Shown here: one piece after another, positions 28,375-36,740 of the stretch
Numbering within the stretch: the stretch's first letter is position 1
How the letters are laid out: each line of letters begins with the position of its first letter
NCBI GenBank assembly: GCA_964426805.1
Contig: CAYRRY010000001.1
Location: 2,504-66,503 of the forward strand
Direction of reading: 5' to 3'
DNA from: an uncultured Candidatus Saccharibacteria bacterium
GTDB taxonomy: Bacteria; Patescibacteriota; UBA1384; XYA2-FULL-43-10
DNA: 64,000 nt
Program-made: the position numbers and the translations under genes
Notes under the pieces: generated by a model
What the model saw: only the letters and a program-made list of their open reading frames with translations
Databases searched by the model: none
What the model was told of the DNA's origin: nothing

Positions 28375-29438
28375 TACTAGTTATTAACACAGGTTCGTCT
28401 TCCATAAAGACTAAGCTTTTTAAACGGCACAAGGGTGTATTGATTGAAGTTTCTGCATTTTCCTCTGCTGGTATATCATCGAAGAACATCTCAAATTTTA
28501 GCCGAGCAACAACTTCTTTGTTTCGAGAAAATAATCTGGATAAAAAAGATATTAAAAAAGTTGCTTATAGAATAGTCCACGGTGGCGATGAGGGGAAAAA
28601 CAAATCGACAATTGACGTTAATGTCGAGAAATTGATAGAAAAATACAATCACCTATCTCCGAACCACAACCCATACGCCCTGGCTGTAATTCGTCAAACA
28701 AAGAAATTATTGAAAGATGCTAAGCACTACGCTTTTTTCGACACTGCATATTTTTCAAGCATTCCAGATGAGAACAAGCTCTTTCCCTTACCAAAGCTTA
28801 TCAACCACGGAATAGAGATAAAAAAATACGGTTTTCATGGGCTTTCACATCAATATATATATGAGAAAGGTGCATCTGGAAAAAAGGCCATTACTGTTCA
28901 CCTCGGAGCTGGTTGTTCTATCGCTGCAATAAACAGGGAAGGCCCGCAAAACACAACTATGGGTTCCACTCCTCTCGGTGGACTTGTTATGCTTTCGCGA
29001 CCTGGAGATCTAGATCCTGGTGTAGTTTTAGAATATGCCCAAAAATATGGTTACAAAAAAAGCTTGGACGTTCTAGCCAAAAAATCAGGCCTCCTCTCTA
29101 TTACAAATAAAACTTCCAGCATGCTCGATATTATTTACCAAGCTTTTGGGTATATAGAAGATGATAAATCTATGTTGAGTCGTGGATTGCCAACGGACGT
29201 TGCTTCCACAAAAAAAGCAGAGATCGCAATTAGCAAGTTTGTTAGGTCAATCCAGAAACACATTTGCGAATATTATATAGAACTCGGCGGATGCGATCAT
29301 TTGATTTTTAGCGGTCGAATCGGCACTGGTTCGAAGAAGATACGAAGTTTAATTACAAAAGATATAAAGTTTTTAGATATTAAAAATATTGAAGCTATTA
29401 CAACAGATGAAGAAAAGATGATGGCCTCGTATCTTTAA
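28371..29438 (+). CDS. ackA: Acetate kinase
   Basis: LVINTGSSSIK, RIVHGG, P.HN, FDTAY, YGFHGLSH, HLGAGCS, TTMG.TPL.GL, TDEE. ATGA overlap with pduL. Confidence 0.92.
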   Translation: MILVINTGSSSIKTKLFKRHKGVLIEVSAFSSAGISSKNISNFSRATTSLFRENNLDKKDIKKVAYRIVHGGDEGKNKSTIDVNVEKLIEKYNHLSPNHNPYALAVIRQTKKLLKDAKHYAFFDTAYFSSIPDENKLFPLPKLINHGIEIKKYGFHGLSHQYIYEKGASGKKAITVHLGAGCSIAAINREGPQNTTMGSTPLGGLVMLSRPGDLDPGVVLEYAQKYGYKKSLDVLAKKSGLLSITNKTSSMLDIIYQAFGYIEDDKSMLSRGLPTDVASTKKAEIAISKFVRSIQKHICEYYIELGGCDHLIFSGRIGTGSKKIRSLITKDIKFLDIKNIEAITTDEEKMMASYL

Positions 29439-29469
29439 ATATATTGTTGTATGTGCTAAAATTTAAACA

Positions 29470-30507
29470 ATGACAAAAAAACATTCAAAACTTGTTACTG
29501 GGAATCAAGCGGCAGTTTTGGGAGCTTTAGCGGGCGGTGCTGAAGCTATGTTTGGCTATCCCATAACTCCAGCTACTGAAATTCTCCAAGGATGGATTGA
29601 AAAAGCTCAAAGCGACAAATCTTTGCACTTTTTGCAAACTGAAGATGAAACTTCGGCTGGTTTCGCTGTTTGCGGAGCGCTACTAAACGGCACGAAGGCT
29701 TTTACAGCTTCTGCTGGTCCCGGTCATGTCCTGATGCAGGACCCCGTGTCCATGGCGGAAAATGTTCGGCTTCCCTTCGTTGGGATAATGATGCAAAGAG
29801 GCGGACCATCCACAGGAACGGTTAATTTTTCTCAACAGGAAGTAAACCTTGCTTCCTTCGGTGGTAACGGTGAGGGGTTAAGAATTGTTTATTCGGCTTC
29901 AACTGTTCAGGAAATGTACGACTTGTCAGCAAAGATATTTAATACAGCCTGGAAATACATGTTCCCCACTTTTCTACTTGGTGACGGTTATATCGGGAAA
30001 ATGGAGTCTGAGATAGGTCTAACAAAAAAAGTGAACCCAATAAGTTCGAAGAAACTTCTTAGAGAACAAAAAACACCGACACACTTGAAGAACTGCTACT
30101 CATCCGAGGAAGAGCTAGCCGAGATTTTGAAAGAAAATATCTATGAATGGAACAAGAACAAGAGCGTGATTGCTGAAAGCGAGAAATATCGTACAGAGGA
30201 CGCAAAAGAGATCATTGTTGCTCATGGTCTTGTGGCCTCTGCAGCAAAAGAAGCCGTGGATATGATGCGAAATCATGGCAGAAAAATTGGCCTCTTCAGG
30301 GCTATCACAGTTCATCCGCTAGACACACTGCCTCTCTCAAATTTAGCCAAGAAGGTAAAAAGGATTCATCTTATCGAGGCTTCGCAAAACCAATTTTCAA
30401 GAATAGTTAAATACGAACTTTACGGAGAAACGACAGATATCGTTGAGCATTCCAAGCCGGCAGAGGGATTTTCACCTTCGGAGATAATCGATTTAATACG
30501 AGATTAA
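29470..30507 (+). CDS. 2-oxoacid:ferredoxin oxidoreductase alpha subunit
   Basis: TGNQA, GYPITPATE, EDE, TASAGPG, QRGGPSTG. Confidence 0.92.
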   Translation: MTKKHSKLVTGNQAAVLGALAGGAEAMFGYPITPATEILQGWIEKAQSDKSLHFLQTEDETSAGFAVCGALLNGTKAFTASAGPGHVLMQDPVSMAENVRLPFVGIMMQRGGPSTGTVNFSQQEVNLASFGGNGEGLRIVYSASTVQEMYDLSAKIFNTAWKYMFPTFLLGDGYIGKMESEIGLTKKVNPISSKKLLREQKTPTHLKNCYSSEEELAEILKENIYEWNKNKSVIAESEKYRTEDAKEIIVAHGLVASAAKEAVDMMRNHGRKIGLFRAITVHPLDTLPLSNLAKKVKRIHLIEASQNQFSRIVKYELYGETTDIVEHSKPAEGFSPSEIIDLIRD

Positions 30508-30558
30508 CTTTATTAATTACCTAACAAGCTAATGTCTAAGAAGCTAGGGACATAAACC

Positions 30559-31272
30559 ATGGATCAGATTATGCCAACAAGTTGGTACGCGAAAAGTAAG
30601 CCTCATTTTTTCTGTGGAGGTTGTGGTCACGGTATTACCTTGAAACAACTCGGGTATGCTATAGACGATTTGAAAATTCAGGAAGATATCGTATTTGGTA
30701 TTGATATCGGCTGTTCCCTGCTAGCTTGGGATTTCTTTGCTTGCGATACGATCCAAACCCATCATGGACGCACTACTCCTGTTATGGTTGGCTATAAGAT
30801 GACAAAGCCCTCGAAAATTGCGCTAGCCTATATGGGCGATGGCGGTGGATATGCTATTGGTCTGCAGTCACTACTTCACGCTGCTTTTCGAAATGATCCT
30901 ATAACAGCTATTTTAGTTAACAACGAAAACTATGCCATGACAGGTGGACAAATGGCTCCAACAACTGAATCAGGAGTAAAAACAACAACATCACCCAATG
31001 GAAAACCAATAGAGTTCGGCCCTGGTTTCAAAGGGCCTGAAACAGTGAGAGGGGTTGCTAATAAAGATGCCTATGTTGCTCGTGCTTCTGTTTCTAATCC
31101 AGTAGTACTTCGGAATACCTTGAAAAAAGCTATTGAAACGCAGGCTGAAAAGAATAATTTCTCTTTCGTTGAAATCTTGTCCGTATGCCCTACTAATTGG
31201 AAGACATCGGCAAAAGAATCGCTAGAACGTGTTAAAGATATGGAAAAGTATTATCCTTTGGGAGAGATATAA
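30559..31272 (+). CDS. 2-oxoacid:ferredoxin oxidoreductase beta subunit (TPP-binding)
   Basis: FCGGCGHG, DIGCS, HGR, GDGG, NNENYAMTGGQ.APTT, CPTNW. Confidence 0.93.
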   Translation: MDQIMPTSWYAKSKPHFFCGGCGHGITLKQLGYAIDDLKIQEDIVFGIDIGCSLLAWDFFACDTIQTHHGRTTPVMVGYKMTKPSKIALAYMGDGGGYAIGLQSLLHAAFRNDPITAILVNNENYAMTGGQMAPTTESGVKTTTSPNGKPIEFGPGFKGPETVRGVANKDAYVARASVSNPVVLRNTLKKAIETQAEKNNFSFVEILSVCPTNWKTSAKESLERVKDMEKYYPLGEI

Positions 31273-31303
31273 ACTTTTATATTAATATCGATTAGGAGTT
31301 ATT

Positions 31304-31630
31304 ATGAATGAAGGAGAACGAGGGGCACCTGCTGACGCAGAGGATTGGACCGCGCCAAAGGATGAGGTCGAAACTAATGATGACATAAGACCGATTGAGA
31401 TGAGCGAAAAAGTTAGAGATAGTTGGACGGGCTTCCATTCGAATTGGATGGACGGTGAAACCGTGTCGTGTGATCAGCTAATCACCTATGTTAAAGATAA
31501 TCTAAATACTTCTGAGCCAGGCATCGGAGAAATGAATGCTGTAATTGATTCACTTGTTTCTGAACACAAAGATTGGTTTATGCCTGAGTTTTGGACTGAA
31601 CACGAGAAAGGCAGAGATAAAGCTGCATAA
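31304..31630 (+). CDS. Acidic hypothetical protein
   Basis: 108-aa ORF with AGGAG RBS between the OFOR beta and gamma genes. No motif recognised. Confidence 0.7.
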   Translation: MNEGERGAPADAEDWTAPKDEVETNDDIRPIEMSEKVRDSWTGFHSNWMDGETVSCDQLITYVKDNLNTSEPGIGEMNAVIDSLVSEHKDWFMPEFWTEHEKGRDKAA

Positions 31631-31636
31631 ATTCTT

Positions 31637-32467
31637 ATGAAAAATTGGTCAAACAAAAAAGTAAAATTGATTTTATCCGGCGAAGGTGGTCAGGGAATTC
31701 AAACTATCGCCAAAGCATTAGTCGCAATGGCAGTGGGGCAGGGATTAAAAGTCTCGTATCTGCCCTCTTTTGGCGTGGAGCAAAGAGGGACTCCCTCAAT
31801 TGCCTATGTAATTATTTCTGGCTCGGATATCAATTATCCAAGATTTGAAGAAGCAGATATTGTGATGGCACTTGCCAACAGAGCCGTTCCAAAAGTAAAT
31901 CATTTTATCACACCAAATACAGATGTTCTTTTCGACTCGTCTGTTATTAAACCAAATACTTTTACCCGTATGGCTGTTCACAAACTTGGAATTCCAGCAA
32001 CAGCACTATCGCATGAAAAATTTAATCCTCGCTCATACAATGTGTTAATGTATGGCGTTTTGGTTAATATGTTAAAGCTTGATTCAAGCCAATCGTGGAA
32101 AGCAATTAAAAATCAACTTAAAGACAAATTTAAAACCAAGAAGATTGAGGACGACAATAAAAATGCGTACGAATTTGGATACGAAGCCGTATTGGAAAAA
32201 AAGAGATTTTCATCCCCCACCTTCGAAACTAAATCAACGATAAATTACTATAAGAGCAAAGACAAAAAAGGAACCATTAACCCCTCTCTCTGCAAAGGTT
32301 GTGGTTTGTGCATTGAAAAATGCCCTACTGGGGCTCTTTCTTTTGGTACTGATTTGGGAGTATTTGGCACTCCTGTACCGGTGGTTGATCTAAACAAATG
32401 TATTGGTTGTGGTCTCTGCCATCAAATCTGCCCAGACGGAGCGATATTTATAGAAAAAAACAAATAG
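31637..32467 (+). CDS. 2-oxoacid:ferredoxin oxidoreductase gamma subunit fused to 2[4Fe-4S] delta domain
   Basis: GEGGQG, SFGVEQRG, then CKGCGLC..KCP and CIGCGLC..ICPD. Confidence 0.92.
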   Translation: MKNWSNKKVKLILSGEGGQGIQTIAKALVAMAVGQGLKVSYLPSFGVEQRGTPSIAYVIISGSDINYPRFEEADIVMALANRAVPKVNHFITPNTDVLFDSSVIKPNTFTRMAVHKLGIPATALSHEKFNPRSYNVLMYGVLVNMLKLDSSQSWKAIKNQLKDKFKTKKIEDDNKNAYEFGYEAVLEKKRFSSPTFETKSTINYYKSKDKKGTINPSLCKGCGLCIEKCPTGALSFGTDLGVFGTPVPVVDLNKCIGCGLCHQICPDGAIFIEKNK

Positions 32468-32470
32468 TAT

Positions 32471-32872
32471 TTATTTTACTCGATCTAAGTTGCTCTCTTT
32501 CACATTTTTCTCTGTGACTTCTTTGTCGGGCATAAGCCCAGGAAGTTTATAGTACTTTACGTTCTGTTTTATTGCACCAGGCAGCATAAAAAATGATAGT
32601 TTACTCCACCAATTCTTTTCTGGGGCCATCCCTACTGCGATTAAAGTTACATCTTTGCTTTTAATTAAATTCCAGTGTGTTCGCGTAAAATCAGTCAATG
32701 GCATAACTCCGCCGTAGGTGCCACTGATAATAAATATCTTCTTGGCCGTTTTAATATCTTTTTCGGCGGCGTGTTCAAATTCAACAGGCTCCGTTTTGTA
32801 CTTTGCTGCCAGCCAACCAGCATATTCTTTTGATGCGCCGTTTTTTGTTTTATAAGCAATAAAAGTGTTCAT
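32471..32872 (-). CDS. Flavodoxin-domain protein (HemG-like)
   Basis: IAYKTKNGASKEYA.WLA, SGTYGG. Confidence 0.7.
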   Translation of the reverse strand: MNTFIAYKTKNGASKEYAGWLAAKYKTEPVEFEHAAEKDIKTAKKIFIISGTYGGVMPLTDFTRTHWNLIKSKDVTLIAVGMAPEKNWWSKLSFFMLPGAIKQNVKYYKLPGLMPDKEVTEKNVKESNLDRVK

Positions 32873-32877
32873 TTTGT

Positions 32878-35580
32878 TTAGTTAATTTTATTTTTAATTT
32901 TTACACCAAGAATATTCTTCCAAAATCTAAGCTTCTCTATAATGCAGTAATAAACAGGGAAAGCTGTAACAGCCAAGATAGTAGATGCTAATAGTCCGAA
33001 TATTATTGTATAGACCAGAGATTCCCAGAAAGGATCGGCAAGTGACAAAGGCACAAGAGCTACAATTGTGGTGATAGTGGTGATAACAATCGGTCGAAAA
33101 CGCACAGCCATCGCCGTAGAGATCGCCTGTCCTGGATTTTTGCCACTCAGGCGCTCTCTATTAGCAAAGTCGATAAGCATGATTGTATTGTTGACCACGA
33201 TACCGGATAGAGCGATAACCCCAATGAGAGCAAAGAAGCTTAGTTCGTTGTTGGAGTAGAAGAGTGCTGGAAATACTCCGGCGAAAGAAAATGGTATGGC
33301 CAGTAAAACCAAGAACGGCAGAGAGAAAGAATTGTACTGGAGTACAAGCAGTACATACATAACTGCGAGTGCTATGTAGAAGAAAAAGAGTGCAGAATCA
33401 AAAGAGCCCATAAGCTCGCTCTCAAGCCCTTGGTTAAAAAGTATTCCCTGGTCAGCGTCTAGTCCAAGCTCTTCTAGTTTCGACTCATTAAATTCCTCTT
33501 CTACAGTTTTTTGCAATTCGATGATAATTCCTGAATTTTGAGTGTCAGATATCTTTGTTTTGACCTGGATAAATCTCTCGCCATCTTTTCTAGCAATAGT
33601 AGTCAAATAATCAACAGCAGGATCAAACGATTTCTCGCCATCCAAAACTTCCTTGTCAGTCAAAAACTCTGTAAGTTCATCGGCGGCTCTCTCTAGCAAG
33701 GCCTGATCATCTGAATAAACTTGAACAAAGAACTTGTACTCTGTTGTGTCTGGAGGACCAGCGCTGTAGGCAGAAGCTTTCATTGAAGCGTTATCAATTT
33801 CAGAATAATCATCGTTTATAGCTTCCACTAGTTCTGGGGCTGTTTTTTCACGGTCTTGAAAATCAGTCAGACGTACAAACAGGTAGCCCTGCGTGCTGTT
33901 CGAGGCAAAATAATCGACTTCTAGAATTTCGTCATCGGCATTTTCAACCAATATATTTTCAGCATCAATTGCAATCTGCTCTGCTTGGTCAACCGTTGTT
34001 CCATCTGGAAAAGACATCTGCACAATCATACTGTTAGCATCTTTTGGCGGAGCGAAAGTTGAGAATTTCAATTTTGTTGAATAGTATATCCCACCACTAA
34101 TTAAACCGAGAGAAACTATCAGAATTATTGTTGCCCATAAGGGTTTGCATACGTACCAGCCGATAAATTGTCCGACTTTCTTACTGGCCATTGAAATGAG
34201 ATCGCCGAGTTCGTTAAATATAACATTTCCAATTTTTGATAAAAAAGTCTTTCTCTCGACTTTTTTATAGTTTGGGATTAAGAAGCTGGATAAAAATGCA
34301 ATCGTAGTAAGAGCAATTATAAGCGAGGCCACAAGCGCAATTATTACTGTTACCGGTATGTACTGGATAAAATCACCTAAAACGCCGGATATCAGTGCCA
34401 TAGGGATAAAGACGAGAAGAGTAGTCAGCGTTCCAGAGATATCAGCAATTCCTATGTCCTTTATGGCAGCAGTTACCGCCTCAGCTCCTTTTTTGCCGAG
34501 TCGTTTCTGCCTATCAACAGATTCCACGACGACTATAGCATCGTCCACGAATAAACCCAAAACAAGGATGAGTCCGAAGAGGACCATAGTATTTAACTCG
34601 TATCCGATAAGATATAAGCCTAGGAATGTTGCAAAGAAAACAGTTGGTATAAAGATGGCACCTATAATTGAAGCTCTCCAGTTGATCATGATAAACAAAA
34701 CTACTACAACAGCTATCAGAGAAGTAAGTGCTGTTGATTCCAAATCCTGAATCTGATCTTTAGTATACTGTGCCATGTCACCGCCGTAAGCGATAGTGTA
34801 TCCGTTTAGCTCTCCCTCATTTTCTAATCGTTTAATTTCTTCGCGAACCTGGTCAGATGTTTCTACAATCCCACTATCTAGCTTTTTAGTTACGCCAACA
34901 TTTATCGCTTCTCTAAAAACAAGCTCGCCATCTTCTTTTAGACCAACTCTAGAATAACCCTCTTTTTGAATAACAGTTTTTCCGGTAAATGGATTGGCTC
35001 GCTCAATTAAAACATCGGTTGCGTTTGAGTTTTTTACAGCGTTAAGTTTAGAAAATTTGTTAGATAAGAATAGGGCCTTATCTTGTAGCTCGAAAGTTGT
35101 TTTGCCTTCTCCTGAAAGAGAAAACAAAAGGTCACTCTCGCCGTCAACTGCTCCAGCATTTATCGTCATATAATTTAGCTCTGCGCCCTCTGGTAGAAAA
35201 CTTGTATCTTTTAGCTCATCTTTTAGAGCATCAACTCCCTGTTCTGAGCTATATCCGGAAACAAATTCAATTTGAATGATTGAAAAATTTGGATAAGACT
35301 GAGTCAAGGTACTTTTTACTTCTGGCACTTCCAGAACTTTCTTCTCAAGTGGTCCAGCTACCCTCAAGTCAACCTCTGCCGAGTCATTTGCTAAATATGA
35401 AGTTTGGAGTATGGCAATTGGGATCTCGATTGGCGGCAAGCCCTCTCTTTTTAGGAACTGAGTATATGTCACGTATCCTATAGCTATAATTGCCAAGAGT
35501 AGCAAAATTGTGATTCTGTAAGTTTTTACAAAGTAGGTGCTAAATGAAGCAATCGCATTTTGTAGGAACGAGCTTTTCAT
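32878..35580 (-). CDS. RND (AcrB/AcrD/AcrF-family) transporter permease
   Basis: 12-TM layout, LGLFVDDAIVVVE, GIVVNN.IML, RFRPIVITT.TT. Confidence 0.9.
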   Translation of the reverse strand: MKSSFLQNAIASFSTYFVKTYRITILLLLAIIAIGYVTYTQFLKREGLPPIEIPIAILQTSYLANDSAEVDLRVAGPLEKKVLEVPEVKSTLTQSYPNFSIIQIEFVSGYSSEQGVDALKDELKDTSFLPEGAELNYMTINAGAVDGESDLLFSLSGEGKTTFELQDKALFLSNKFSKLNAVKNSNATDVLIERANPFTGKTVIQKEGYSRVGLKEDGELVFREAINVGVTKKLDSGIVETSDQVREEIKRLENEGELNGYTIAYGGDMAQYTKDQIQDLESTALTSLIAVVVVLFIMINWRASIIGAIFIPTVFFATFLGLYLIGYELNTMVLFGLILVLGLFVDDAIVVVESVDRQKRLGKKGAEAVTAAIKDIGIADISGTLTTLLVFIPMALISGVLGDFIQYIPVTVIIALVASLIIALTTIAFLSSFLIPNYKKVERKTFLSKIGNVIFNELGDLISMASKKVGQFIGWYVCKPLWATIILIVSLGLISGGIYYSTKLKFSTFAPPKDANSMIVQMSFPDGTTVDQAEQIAIDAENILVENADDEILEVDYFASNSTQGYLFVRLTDFQDREKTAPELVEAINDDYSEIDNASMKASAYSAGPPDTTEYKFFVQVYSDDQALLERAADELTEFLTDKEVLDGEKSFDPAVDYLTTIARKDGERFIQVKTKISDTQNSGIIIELQKTVEEEFNESKLEELGLDADQGILFNQGLESELMGSFDSALFFFYIALAVMYVLLVLQYNSFSLPFLVLLAIPFSFAGVFPALFYSNNELSFFALIGVIALSGIVVNNTIMLIDFANRERLSGKNPGQAISTAMAVRFRPIVITTITTIVALVPLSLADPFWESLVYTIIFGLLASTILAVTAFPVYYCIIEKLRFWKNILGVKIKNKIN

Positions 35581-35802
35581 AATAAATTAAAGTTAAATAA
35601 TAAAACAAATATTGATAAATATTGATAGTGCTAGTTTACTATAGGATTAGACAAATTTCAATCAGAGCGGCTCTCAATGTTTCGCGTAATAGAATCTATT
35701 TGTAAGTTAAGAGAATTTATATGATTATTTTGAATATCAATTGTTTCAGACATCTTCCATCTTTTACTTAAAACGAACACACCGACACTTGCTTGAATGA
35801 TT

Positions 35803-35879
35803 TGGTGGACCGTAAGGGACTTGAACCCTTGACCTCCTCCATGCCATGGAGGCGCTCTAGCCAACTGAGCTAACGGCCC
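35803..35879 (-). tRNA. tRNA-Ala(GGC)
   Basis: GGGCCGTTAGCTCAGTTGGCTAGAGCG-CCTCC-ATGGCAT-GGAGG..AAGGGTTCAAGTCCCTT-ACGGTCC-ACCA, with G3:U70. Confidence 0.97.
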
Positions 35880-35944
35880 ACTATAGAAATAATATTACAT
35901 TCATTTAGCTATAAAATCAATCTCATTCGTGATAAAATAGTATT

Positions 35945-36718
35945 ATGGAAACAAAAACAAAGTTATTAAAAATTGCTGGGCTGTCAAAAGCAGAACTTCA
36001 TATTCATAGCAATTATTCTGACGGAAAAGGATCGATTGAAGAAATCTTGGAATATGTTGAACATAACACCGATTTAAAAGTAATTGCCATCACTGATCAT
36101 GATACTATTGAGGGCGCAAAAATAGCAGACAAGTTAGTCAAAAACGGCGACTATAGGTTTGATGTAATAATTGGCGAAGAAGTTACATCGAGAGATGGTC
36201 ACATTGCCGGTCTTTTTCTAAAGGAAAAAGTAAACCCAGGTATGAGTGCTAGAAGAACAGTGAATGCCATTCATCGCCAAGGCGGTTTAGCAATTGCGGT
36301 GCATCCTTTTTTCAAAACACATTATTATCATCCTGATTATCCGATAATGCGTGGAGTAGGCGCAAAAGTGCTGCTGAGACTACGGGGACTATTTGATGCA
36401 ATCGAGGTAATTAATGCTACCCCAACAATGGGTTACGAAAACTATATGGCAGACTTATATAATAAAACTATTGTCCATACCGCAGAAACAGGTGCCTCGG
36501 ACGCTCACATTATAGGTGCTATCGGTCATGGCTACACTCTTTTCGAAGGAAATTGTAAAAAAGATCTTAAAAACGCTATAAAAAAAGCTCAGACAAAAGC
36601 GATGTCAAAAAAATGGAGCATTCTTGAAATGTTGAGGTATCTTTACTTCTTTATACCAAGTGGATTGAGAATACTGACATATTCCATTTTGCACCCAAGA
36701 CAATTGAAAAATAGTTAA
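35945..36718 (+). CDS. PHP-domain metal-dependent phosphoesterase
   Basis: ELHIHSNYSDG, ITDHD, GEE, H, AVHP, ASDAH. Confidence 0.9.
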   Translation: METKTKLLKIAGLSKAELHIHSNYSDGKGSIEEILEYVEHNTDLKVIAITDHDTIEGAKIADKLVKNGDYRFDVIIGEEVTSRDGHIAGLFLKEKVNPGMSARRTVNAIHRQGGLAIAVHPFFKTHYYHPDYPIMRGVGAKVLLRLRGLFDAIEVINATPTMGYENYMADLYNKTIVHTAETGASDAHIIGAIGHGYTLFEGNCKKDLKNAIKKAQTKAMSKKWSILEMLRYLYFFIPSGLRILTYSILHPRQLKNS

Positions 36719-36740
36719 ATTGTTGGTATTTTAAGTACAT

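Noticed and set aside
35658-35864. 68-aa ORF or possible island remnant at tRNA-Ala
   Set aside because: It overlaps the tRNA, and I found no duplicated tRNA-Ala 3' end or integrase.
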